From NCBI GenBank assembly GCA_029258835.1, contig JAPDJY010000084.1, positions 1-38,908 of the forward strand: a DNA stretch of 38,908 bases, in the 5' to 3' direction. The DNA is from Thermoproteota archaeon. Its GTDB lineage: Archaea > Asgardarchaeota > Jordiarchaeia > Jordiarchaeales > Freyrarchaeaceae. The notes under the pieces were generated by a model that was not told the origin of the DNA, searched no databases, and saw only the letters and a program-made list of their open reading frames with translations. How positions within the stretch are numbered: the first letter of the stretch is position 1; each line of letters begins with the position of its first letter. Of this stretch, positions 1 to 8,248 are shown piece after piece. Both the position numbers and the translations under genes were made by a program.

Positions 1-405
1 ATAAAGCGTTTTCACCCCGATTCTCAACGCTATGTAGCCTAGTGTCTGGATCAGGTTTAAACCAAGCCCTTTCCCCTGCCACTCGTCTGAGACGACTATT
101 CCTATTTCAGCTCTCCCCGTGCCCTTATCAAGGGAGAAGCGTGCTTCTCCAACCAGCTCCTGCTTCTCCGTGAACGCGCCTAAAGCAATGTTATCCTCGA
201 AGTTAACGTTTGCAAGCCCCTCCAAAATCCAGTCTGAGGACGGCCTATAATTGAGAAATCTAAGGTAGTTGGTTTCGACGGAGAGGGATCCGTAAAATCT
301 TAAGAGTTCGCTTGCATCCGCAGGGGTTAAAGACCTTATCAGAACCCTGGACCCGTCCCTTAACGTTACCCTCCGCTGGAAGCACTGGATCTCCGACGGA
401 CGCAA
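1..405 (-). CDS. GNAT-family N-acetyltransferase (Pat-like protein acetyltransferase domain), 3' end runs off the window
   Basis: Not in the ORF track. Manual translation from TTG at 405 (GGTGG RBS upstream): MRPSEIQCFQRRVTLRDGSRVLIRSLTPADASELLRFYGSLSVETNYLRF...AEIGIVVSDEWQGKGLG; the latter is the acetyl-CoA-binding motif A (QxxGxG). Confidence 0.88.
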   Translation of the reverse strand, partial: MRPSEIQCFQRRVTLRDGSRVLIRSLTPADASELLRFYGSLSVETNYLRFLNYRPSSDWILEGLANVNFEDNIALGAFTEKQELVGEARFSLDKGTGRAEIGIVVSDEWQGKGLGLNLIQTLGYIALRIGVKTLY

Positions 406-427
406 GCAACCACCATCTTCTTAAATT

Positions 428-1063
428 TTATCCTCCTCCGGCTTCTGCCCTGCGGAGGATCGCACTTATAATCTCCTTATCACCCCACGTTAAAGCTAGG
501 TTAAGTGCCAAGTCTGATATTTTATCGGTGAGCTCAGCTGTCGCCTTAATAAGCTTCTCCTTAACTTCAGCCTCCCCGACCTCATCGACTATTTTGAGAA
601 CTCCGCTAAGGGCGTCATATACGGCTTTAAAGCTCTCATACACTTCACTTGGAAACTTCTTTGGGCCGACAACTAGCCCGTTGATTTGGTCGTAGAGCTC
701 CCTAGCAATACTGTGAGAGTCCACTCCCTTCTTAAGCTTCTCAATCCCCCTGTTAAGAACCTCTTCCAGCTCGTCCTTAAGTTGCCATACGAGCCCCCCA
801 TCGTCCGAGTCGAACAATGCTAGGAGAGCATAGTTTACGTTGTTCTCGCAGAACCTAACATATGCGAGTTTGCCGAGCTCCCCGTAAACCTTCTGGTTAT
901 TCTCCTCTGTTATCTCCCTTGAAAAGATGCTCATCCAGACGTCGAGCGAAATGTCCCACATTTTATCTCCAGGTATAATTCCTTCCGGGAAAACCGCCTC
1001 AACCACCGGGCCCAGCCGGTAATCGAAACTCACCACCGCAACCCCTCTAAACAACCCATACAC
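428..1063 (-). CDS. Putative uDENN/longin-like domain protein with helical C-terminal extension
   Basis: N-terminal VAVVSFDYRLGPVVEAVFP fits the hydrophobic-strand-FDxxxGP pattern of uDENN/longin domains (NPRL2, C9orf72, AVL9 type), followed by a helix, strands ending NYALLALFD, and a long helix. Confidence 0.55.
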   Translation of the reverse strand: MYGLFRGVAVVSFDYRLGPVVEAVFPEGIIPGDKMWDISLDVWMSIFSREITEENNQKVYGELGKLAYVRFCENNVNYALLALFDSDDGGLVWQLKDELEEVLNRGIEKLKKGVDSHSIARELYDQINGLVVGPKKFPSEVYESFKAVYDALSGVLKIVDEVGEAEVKEKLIKATAELTDKISDLALNLALTWGDKEIISAILRRAEAGGG

Positions 1064-1086
1064 CTCTTCCAGCCAAGTTTAGCAAA

Positions 1087-2514
1087 CTAGTAAATGTCTA
1101 AATCCTTAACTTCGATCCCTCCCTCTTTGTACTCGATCCTCCTAATTTTATCATCATGAGCTTTACCCTTCATTTTAAGGGTGCAGATCCTCCTGTCCAT
1201 GCTCCCCCTCTCCCTTTCAACCCACATGGCAATCACGTTGTCCACTACCTTCGCCACCTCGTTATCCATGCCCTTCGTTAAGTCTACCGAAGCACTCATC
1301 ATCACAGTTGCCCCCTTACTCTTGAAGAATGAAATCATGTCGTTAAGCAGCCTCACGTACTCTCCCCTTGGAAGCCAGTCCATGATTGATATCTCATCTA
1401 TCACAACCCTGTCAGGACGGTGTGCCTCGTAAGCCTCCTTTAAAGCCAGATAGTTCCGTCCGGGAGTGTTTCTAGAAGGGTCTATGTAAACTATCCGTAA
1501 CCCCTTCTTCTCCAATTCTTCTACATCATGGCCTAGGTCGCTGAAAAACCTTCTCACCTCGTCTACAGCATCCCTGTACGTCACATATAGAACCCTCTCC
1601 CCGTTAAGTACGCCTGAAACGGCAAACTCGGCTAAAATTACCTTCTTACCTGTTCCTACTGGTCCGGAGATAAGCGTAATGGTTCCTCTTTTGACTCCGC
1701 CCATGAGTATTTTCCTGTCGAAGTCCGGAACCCCTATGCCGACGTCTCCGTCTAACTTCACCGCCGCGAGGCTTCTCACAGGGGTATGCATGACTATTCC
1801 CCTATCGGTTATAACGTACTCCACCTTCGAATAAGTTGTTCGACGCCCCCTCACCTTCTCCACTCTTAAAAACCTCTGAGTAACTTCACCCAGCCTTTGC
1901 GCCTCCAAGACTAGCACTGCGTCAGCCATGAAGCTTACCTCACTATTCACACCATTAGGGCTCTCCGGGATCACGTCCCCTATCAGCAGCCCGGTAATCT
2001 TGTTAATTTTACATATGCCGATAATCGTTGCCGTTATGAACGCCCTCAACTCACCTGGGTCTATTATCCTCTCTATGGCTGTCAGCGAATCCACAACCAT
2101 CCTCTTAAAGTCGATTGCAGATAACTCCTCCAAAATATGGGAGAAAACAAGGTCTAAAGCTCTCCTATCCAGAACGTTAAGTGCGTCAATAAATCTGAAT
2201 TTCCCCTCCTTCTCGAGACGCGAAAAATCCATCCCAAGCCTTAGCATGTTCCGGAAAAAATCAGACTTGCTCTCACTAAAACTAATATAAATCCCAACTT
2301 CATTACATTTTACCACTCCGTTGTATATGAACTGTGCTGCAAGAATAGTCTTACCGGATCCATGCGGCCCAGCTAGCAGAATCACGCTTCCCTCATCAAA
2401 TCCTCCTCCTAAAAGTTCGTCCAATCCCTCGATTCCAGTCTTAACCAGCCTAACAGGGCCTTCACCAGTCCAGGGTGGACCATTAGGCTCATTGCTAGCT
2501 TCCTCCATTCCCAC
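1087..2514 (-). CDS. Two-domain KaiC/RAD55-like ATPase, C-terminal domain degenerate
   Basis: KTGIEGLDELLGGG, Walker A GPHGSGKT, Walker B MVVDS, EKVRG. Second domain has GPVGTGKK, TYRD in place of the usual FEE/YEE, and KMKG. Confidence 0.9.
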   Translation of the reverse strand: MGMEEASNEPNGPPWTGEGPVRLVKTGIEGLDELLGGGFDEGSVILLAGPHGSGKTILAAQFIYNGVVKCNEVGIYISFSESKSDFFRNMLRLGMDFSRLEKEGKFRFIDALNVLDRRALDLVFSHILEELSAIDFKRMVVDSLTAIERIIDPGELRAFITATIIGICKINKITGLLIGDVIPESPNGVNSEVSFMADAVLVLEAQRLGEVTQRFLRVEKVRGRRTTYSKVEYVITDRGIVMHTPVRSLAAVKLDGDVGIGVPDFDRKILMGGVKRGTITLISGPVGTGKKVILAEFAVSGVLNGERVLYVTYRDAVDEVRRFFSDLGHDVEELEKKGLRIVYIDPSRNTPGRNYLALKEAYEAHRPDRVVIDEISIMDWLPRGEYVRLLNDMISFFKSKGATVMMSASVDLTKGMDNEVAKVVDNVIAMWVERERGSMDRRICTLKMKGKAHDDKIRRIEYKEGGIEVKDLDIY

Positions 2515-2614
2515 CTCACCAGCTACAACTTATTTTGCGATGAAGGTTATCACTCCTTCTTCTCCTTTATCTCTTTCTTCAGCATTAATTTCCATCATGA
2601 CATTTTACACCTTT

Positions 2615-3340
2615 CTACTCAACTTCTATTCCTTTTTCAGTTATTTTGAATACGTGCTCATTGAGGTCGTGCTTGGTCCCTCTCATTTTAACCACTTGTA
2701 TTTTTCTAACCCATTTCCCCTCTTCTTTCTCCATTGATAATTTTATGACTCCACTAGAGAGAAACTCCTCCACTCCATACCTACTAAGTGCTCCTCCACC
2801 CCCCGCTATCTCCGTTATTACAACACTAGTGCATTCGAACCTCTCCAGTATGGAGTATATCCTAAAGAGTAGCTCCCTCAGTGCCTCCGCCCCTTTAACT
2901 CTTAAAGCTAGCGCCGGCACAGAGTCCACAACAACCCTTCTCACGTTCTTCTCCCTTATTGCCTTACCCATAAGCATAACCAAGTCCATGTCTATGTTGG
3001 CTACACGGGGCTGAAACTCCCTATACTTCGTGCTAGTTGGCATACCCGCCTTCGTACTAGCGACGTCTATAACTACCAGCTTCCCCTCCTCCTCGAACTT
3101 CTTAAGATCCCAGCCGAACTGCTCCATTTCCCTGTAAAGCCTATCGGGCTCCTCCTCGCAAGTAATCAATAAGCCATTTTCCCCGTTCTTAAGGCCCTCT
3201 ACCAAGAACTGTATTGCAAACGTGGTTTTCCCTGTGCCAGTACCACCAGTAACGAGCACCGTTGCCCCCTTCGGGAATCCTCCACCAATAATCTCGTCAA
3301 ACCTTTCAATCCCTGTCTTCACTCTCTCCAAGCGCCGCAT
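2615..3340 (-). CDS. Single-domain KaiC/RAD55-like ATPase
   Basis: KTGIERFDEIIGGGFP, GGTGTGKT, TCEEE, VVVDS, YGVEEFLSSGVI, KMRGTKH. Confidence 0.92.
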   Translation of the reverse strand: MRRLERVKTGIERFDEIIGGGFPKGATVLVTGGTGTGKTTFAIQFLVEGLKNGENGLLITCEEEPDRLYREMEQFGWDLKKFEEEGKLVVIDVASTKAGMPTSTKYREFQPRVANIDMDLVMLMGKAIREKNVRRVVVDSVPALALRVKGAEALRELLFRIYSILERFECTSVVITEIAGGGGALSRYGVEEFLSSGVIKLSMEKEEGKWVRKIQVVKMRGTKHDLNEHVFKITEKGIEVE

Positions 3341-3521
3341 CCCCCTCTACAGCCTTTAAAGCCCGTGCTTCCCATTCCTATTAACCCCTTTAACACTATT
3401 AATTCCTTTTTGAAGAACTAATAAAATGTTTCGTTACACCCGTTAACAAACGTAATTATTTTCCCTCCTTTAGGAAAATCTAATGGGAATTCGGTGGAAA
3501 CATTGCCTACTTGCATGAAGG

Positions 3522-3890
3522 TTAGTAAAGTTTCTTCTCCGCTTCCGATGCAACCTTCACCCATATTTCTTTAAGTTTCTGCTTGGCTTCTTCGCTTTCT
3601 TCCCTTAGAAGTGTTAACAGCTCACGGGGTGATACGTCCACGTTGTATTCCTCAACGAGCTTCGTGGCTAGCATGTAAATGAATACTTCAACTCCTCCTG
3701 AAAGAGTTTTTTCCAGCTCGGAGTAGAATGACGCTGGCTTACGTAAAGCAACCTCGTATGGGTCGTCTGCCAGTTTTTTCTTCAAGTGCAAGGTTATGAG
3801 CGAGTAGAAGAATGGGCTGATGTGAGAGCAAGCAACATCCTTAAACACGTTCTTGACAACTCTAGCTAGCTTTTTTTCCTCCTCCGCCAT
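3522..3890 (-). CDS. Small helical KaiC-associated protein (DUF3227-like, tentative)
   Basis: Likely start ATG 3890 (MAEEEKK), overlapping the upstream ATPase stop. DPYEVALRKPASFYSELEKTLSGG pattern, similar to ORF 7106-7510. Confidence 0.6.
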   Translation of the reverse strand: MAEEEKKLARVVKNVFKDVACSHISPFFYSLITLHLKKKLADDPYEVALRKPASFYSELEKTLSGGVEVFIYMLATKLVEEYNVDVSPRELLTLLREESEEAKQKLKEIWVKVASEAEKKLY

Positions 3891-5235
3891 AAACCCGTAT
3901 CCTCCCGTCTTCAAAGCTGAGCTCTTTAATTTCCACGCCATGAGGAGACCTTCTCTCCTTGAGAACCGTGATTTTCCTCTTCACGGTGTTCTTCTCCACT
4001 TCGAACCACAATGCTATGATGTTATCTACTATTGTGGCAATGGGCACATTCTCTTTAACGATGTCCTTTGCAATAGTTAGCATGGTGGTGGTTTTGTTAG
4101 CTTTGGAAAGAATCGTTAACCCTCTAATCATCTCGAAAAACTCTGCTTCAGAGTAAGCCTTCTCCAAGGTTGTTAAGCCATCCACCACTAGCCTGCTAGG
4201 TTTTTCCTCATCGAACAACCGCCTGAACATGTCAAAGTGGGCGCCCGGCGTCATCCTCCTCGGAGAGGCAGATATAACATGCACCTCCCCTTCAACACCC
4301 CTCTTAAACTCCCTGATAAGCGACTCAACTTGGCATGCTGGCTCCTCATAGCTGAGGAAAACCGCCTTCTCGCCTCTGCTAGCTCCAGAAATGCAGAACT
4401 GCATTGCCAGTAAACTTTTACCTGTGCCGCTAGGCCCGGCTACTAGGGTTACGGATCCCCTCTTTAACCCTCCATTAAGCATCTTATCGAGCTCATCCAC
4501 CCCAGTCTTCAACCTTTCATCCTCTACCGCACCAACCATAGATAGGTCTGGTGGGACGTAAACTCTAATTCCTCTCTTAGATATGATAAACTCGTAGCTT
4601 GCGTGCTCAACGTTCACCCCTCTCATCTTCTCGATCCTCAGAACCCTCTTAATCAGCCCCGTCTCCGTAGGTATAACCTTCAACATAATGACGGCATCGA
4701 CAATGAACTCTTCAACACCCCATCCAACCTGCTCGGCTCCGAATGGCACCTCTGCAATAAGCAGAGCGGTTAAATCGTTAACCTTTATGATCCTCGTGAG
4801 AACAGAGTGGAGAAACCCCCTGATCTCTCTTCGACCGAGAATGTTAGTAATAGCCGTTATTGAATCAAAAACTATCCTCCTCGCCTTGATCTGGGTCACA
4901 GCGTCCAAAACCTGCGATATAACAGCCTCAATAGCCTTCTCACTCCTCAGGTTCAACCCTTCAATAAACCTGAACATTCCCGCCTCTTCCAGCCCATCAA
5001 AGTTCAACCCTATATTCCTCATGTTCCTTAAAAACTCGTCTTTGAGCTCGATGAAGCTCACGTACACGCCCGGCTCACCAAACCTGATGCCGTTGAGGAT
5101 AAACTCGGCCCCAAAGGTCGTCTTCCCCGAACCAGGATTTCCTGCCAACAAGACGACACTGTTCTTAGCAAACCCTCCACCAGTTATCTCATCAAAACCA
5201 ACAATACCAGTCCTAACACGCTCCAACACTGCCAC
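3862..5235 (-). CDS. Two-domain KaiC/RAD55-like ATPase
   Basis: Two RecA-type domains: GNPGSGKT/IVFDS/EKMRG and GPSGTGKS/SYEE/LVVDG/KERRS. Confidence 0.92.
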   Translation of the reverse strand: MAVLERVRTGIVGFDEITGGGFAKNSVVLLAGNPGSGKTTFGAEFILNGIRFGEPGVYVSFIELKDEFLRNMRNIGLNFDGLEEAGMFRFIEGLNLRSEKAIEAVISQVLDAVTQIKARRIVFDSITAITNILGRREIRGFLHSVLTRIIKVNDLTALLIAEVPFGAEQVGWGVEEFIVDAVIMLKVIPTETGLIKRVLRIEKMRGVNVEHASYEFIISKRGIRVYVPPDLSMVGAVEDERLKTGVDELDKMLNGGLKRGSVTLVAGPSGTGKSLLAMQFCISGASRGEKAVFLSYEEPACQVESLIREFKRGVEGEVHVISASPRRMTPGAHFDMFRRLFDEEKPSRLVVDGLTTLEKAYSEAEFFEMIRGLTILSKANKTTTMLTIAKDIVKENVPIATIVDNIIALWFEVEKNTVKRKITVLKERRSPHGVEIKELSFEDGRIRVYGGGGKKAS

Positions 5236-5283
5236 TCATCCTCATACAACGCTCATTATCCATTATTCATCATTACATTCTTC

Positions 5284-5327
5284 TTTAACGTTTTTTAAAC
5301 GTTTTTTAAACGTTAGTTAAACACTAA
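5284..5327. repeat. Four imperfect 11-bp tandem repeats (TTAAACGTTTT), three containing the palindrome AACGTT, upstream of the KaiC cluster
   Basis: tttaacgtttt/ttaaacgtttt/ttaaacgttag/ttaaacactaa; conserved C at 5289, 5300, 5311 and 5322. Confidence 0.7.
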
Positions 5328-5477
5328 ATTAAAAATATCTGCTACACTAAGTCAAGTAGTAGGACTTTGTAAAACAGATACTTAATAGTCCTTCGATTAC
5401 AAAACTTTGAATGTAGAATTCTAAACACGGTTTAAATTTCCTTAAATTTCCGTTAAAGTTGCAATCCTCAATTTCTT

Positions 5478-6359
5478 TTAAGGTTTACAGGTTTTCTCTG
5501 CTAATTTTTCTGCTAACTGTAAGAGTTGCTTCATTGCCGCCGTCCCGTCTGCTTTCCTTAAGCTTATTCGTCCTTCAGATGAAACATTAAACTCATCCGT
5601 TTCTATTTCCAACAATGGTCCTGCAGCCCAGAAGTTCAGCTCCTGCCGCGACCTAAGCTTTTCCACACCTTTAAGGATGTCGTCTCCTTCAAGGACGACT
5701 CTACTCAAGCCTTTAACTCCTGTTATTTGCCCGTCAAGAAGAACAACTGCCCTCTTAACTTTACCTTCCTCCGCCAGCTCCCTTAGTATAAACGGCGGAA
5801 TCATTAATGGCTCAATGCTTACGCCTAAGGCGTCAGAGATCATTTTAACCACCATTTCCGCCCTACCCGCCTCCTCTACGAGTAGTAAACCATTGCTCTT
5901 TACTAAACACTTCACATGGTCTGTGAACTGCTCCGCCCTAATTCCCATCCATCCCTTCACCAATCCATCCTCTCTCCTATACCTATAGAAGACGTAAAGC
6001 AACCCCTTCTCGACTCTTAACACTCTAAAGTAGCATGTTTCCTCTTTCACCTTGCTGAGAATCCTGTTAAGCCTCTTTTCTAAAATGCTAGGTGTAATCC
6101 TCTCTAAAGGGGGAAACCTGTAAATTCTCCAATAGGTAAATGGAAGCTTCTCTGCAAAATCTGCAAGGGCTAGAAGCTCCTCCAACCTTACAGGTGAAAG
6201 CCCCGCCTTAAGCATCACCTTAACGGCGTCCCTCTTACTTTTAACATCCCTCACGCTAACTTTCCAACTGCTCATAACCCTCTTAAGATCATTTAAGTCT
6301 ATGCGTTCCACCAGAAGCTCAAGCACCCTCCGGCTAACCTTCATGCCTAACCCATCCAC
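5478..6359 (-). CDS. Hypothetical protein, candidate CENP-N/Chl4-like fold
   Basis: 293-aa ORF 27 bp downstream of yjbQ. Helical N-domain (IDLNDLKRVMSSW...KRDAVKVML...LALAD), YWRIYRF strand, alpha/beta core and C-terminal VVLEGDDILKGVEKL motif. Functional call rests on by-eye comparison only. Confidence 0.55.
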   Translation of the reverse strand: MDGLGMKVSRRVLELLVERIDLNDLKRVMSSWKVSVRDVKSKRDAVKVMLKAGLSPVRLEELLALADFAEKLPFTYWRIYRFPPLERITPSILEKRLNRILSKVKEETCYFRVLRVEKGLLYVFYRYRREDGLVKGWMGIRAEQFTDHVKCLVKSNGLLLVEEAGRAEMVVKMISDALGVSIEPLMIPPFILRELAEEGKVKRAVVLLDGQITGVKGLSRVVLEGDDILKGVEKLRSRQELNFWAAGPLLEIETDEFNVSSEGRISLRKADGTAAMKQLLQLAEKLAEKTCKP

Positions 6360-6386
6360 CCTTCACCCTTTAACCCCCCTCAAAAC

Positions 6387-6815
6387 TCACTCCCCAATTA
6401 TTTGGAGTATAAGCTCCCTACTTCTAGGTCTAACGTCTAGCTCCACGAACACTATCTGCTGCCATGTTCCAAGCTCAAGCCTCCCATCGTTAAACGGAAC
6501 CGTAAGGCTTGGACCTATAAGCGCAGCCCTACAGTGACTGTGCCCATTCCAATCGTGCCACCGCAAATGATGCTCGTATTCCTCGCCCTTAGGAGCAACC
6601 CTTTCAAGTATTCTAGGAAAATCCTTCAGAAGCCCCGGCTCATACTCTATGGTAGTTACTGCCCCCGTAGACCCCGGGACAAAGACCGTTACGATGCCGC
6701 TTTTCAACCCCGACTCTTCAACAGCCCTCTGAACTAACCGTGTCACGTCAACCATGTGAACTTCCCCATTCGTCGAAAACCTCACACGCTTAGATACAAC
6801 AACCACCTTCAACAC
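6387..6815 (-). CDS. yjbQ: YjbQ/UPF0047 family protein (secondary thiamine-phosphate synthase family)
   Basis: VFVPGSTGAVTTIEYEPGL, YEHH, NGHSHCRAALIGPS, LELGTWQQIVFVELD. Confidence 0.93.
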   Translation of the reverse strand: MLKVVVVSKRVRFSTNGEVHMVDVTRLVQRAVEESGLKSGIVTVFVPGSTGAVTTIEYEPGLLKDFPRILERVAPKGEEYEHHLRWHDWNGHSHCRAALIGPSLTVPFNDGRLELGTWQQIVFVELDVRPRSRELILQIIGE

Positions 6816-7105
6816 CCCGAACGCTTAGAAAAATTCCATCATAAACAACTTATTAAACCATTTATTCGTCTTTTGAATTCCCCTGAAAAGCCCTAACCGC
6901 CTACACCCCTCTCGACTTAAAATTATTAATTTTTCAACATGCTTCCATTTTTTCCTTTAATTTTCACCTTTCAATCCATTTTTTACATTTTTTATTTTTT
7001 ATTGCCGTTTTTTAGAATCAATACTTAAATTTTTACACCACTTACTCAGAAAATTTATATATACTATTTTCTACTTAATTTTTAGCTGTGTGGTGGGGGG
7101 ATTAT

Positions 7106-7510
7106 GTGGAAACATTAGAGTATGCAAAAATTATCGCAGATAAAATAAAGGAATCTTCACGGTTTTTTCAACCAAAAATATGCGGTTTTAAATATACTCT
7201 TAAGCTTCTAAAGATGGAGCTTAACGTTGAAACGCTAGACGAGGTTGTATTACGTTTCCTTGAAAAGCCGAGGGAATCATATAATTGCCTTGTTAAGGTG
7301 TTGGGGGGATTTGAGTGCTCCGCTGCGGTTAACATAATCACGATAATAGGAACCCTAGCTAGAGTATATGGCTTCCGTAGGGTGGATGCACTTACAGTTC
7401 TCAACGCGATTAAAAGGAACGACGCTAAAGCCCTCATAAAATACGCCTTAACGTTTAAGGAAAAGGTAGCATCCACCGTTATCTCTCAAAGCAGCCAATA
7501 CCATCTTTAA
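7106..7510 (+). CDS. Hypothetical helical protein, probable paralogue of 3522-3890
   Basis: GTG start after a GGTGGGG RBS (the track starts at 7088). LDEVVLRFLEKPRESYNCLVKVLGG aligns with DPYEVALRKPASFYSELEKTLSGG. Confidence 0.55.
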   Translation: METLEYAKIIADKIKESSRFFQPKICGFKYTLKLLKMELNVETLDEVVLRFLEKPRESYNCLVKVLGGFECSAAVNIITIIGTLARVYGFRRVDALTVLNAIKRNDAKALIKYALTFKEKVASTVISQSSQYHL

Positions 7511-7573
7511 GTGCCTGTGGAGTGCCTCCTCTTGCCAGCTCCACTAGCTCTTTTCCCCTGCTCTCTCAGCCAT

Positions 7574-8248
7574 CTACTTAATTGTTAGCTTTATAGGCTC
7601 GGTCTGGAACATTGTTAAACCTTCTTTGTACTTAAAGAACTGCGTTTCCCCTCTTAGAAGAATGTTTCCTTTAAAGTCTTCTATGTTTAACGTGAACTCT
7701 TCGGTTATCTCCATCCCGGGATCCACTTTAAACACGTCTTCCTCCTCTGTGTCGTCTCCTTCTATAAGGAGCAGGTCTTCATCGTTAAGGTCTGTTACTC
7801 TAACCTTAAACGGTGTATTCTTTTTCACCACTATGTTAACGGTTTCACTCGTGTTATTTTTCAGGGAGAGCCTTATTGGTATAGTGACCGGTCCATCATA
7901 AATCGTTCCATTTGGAAGTTCTAGGGAGAACCTTATCTCCTCGTCGCCGTATTCTACCACCGCTGTTTCCTTTTCAGCCTCCTCGTCCTGGACGAAGAAA
8001 ACCGTAACGTTTCGCTCCTTTTCTAAAGCTTCTAACACCTCCTCGAAAAAACTCTTATACGGTACAACATCCCTGCTTCCAGCTACAACTACGTCAATCA
8101 AGTATGGTGGTGTTTCAAAGTAAAATGCGTTCTCCTCGTCACCCAACCTGTAATGTCGTATCTTAAACCCGTATGACTTCACTATCCTGCATATTTCAGA
8201 GTCAGGGGAAAGATTTGGACCAGAAATCTTCAACATCATCTTATCCAC
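7574..8248 (-). CDS. Acidic two-domain hypothetical protein; C-terminal Ig-like (BsuPI-like) beta sandwich
   Basis: C-half IRLSLKNNTSETVNIV...PFKVRVTDLNDE...VDPGMEITEEFT is a beta-sandwich pattern; the N-half alternates strands and helices. Confidence 0.55.
   Translation of the reverse strand: MDKMMLKISGPNLSPDSEICRIVKSYGFKIRHYRLGDEENAFYFETPPYLIDVVVAGSRDVVPYKSFFEEVLEALEKERNVTVFFVQDEEAEKETAVVEYGDEEIRFSLELPNGTIYDGPVTIPIRLSLKNNTSETVNIVVKKNTPFKVRVTDLNDEDLLLIEGDDTEEEDVFKVDPGMEITEEFTLNIEDFKGNILLRGETQFFKYKEGLTMFQTEPIKLTIK

Noticed and set aside
1087-5235. Cyanobacterial-type circadian clock
   Set aside because: No KaiA or KaiB genes in the window and the Ser-Thr phosphosite pair is incomplete; the proteins fit the archaeal KaiC/RAD55 group.
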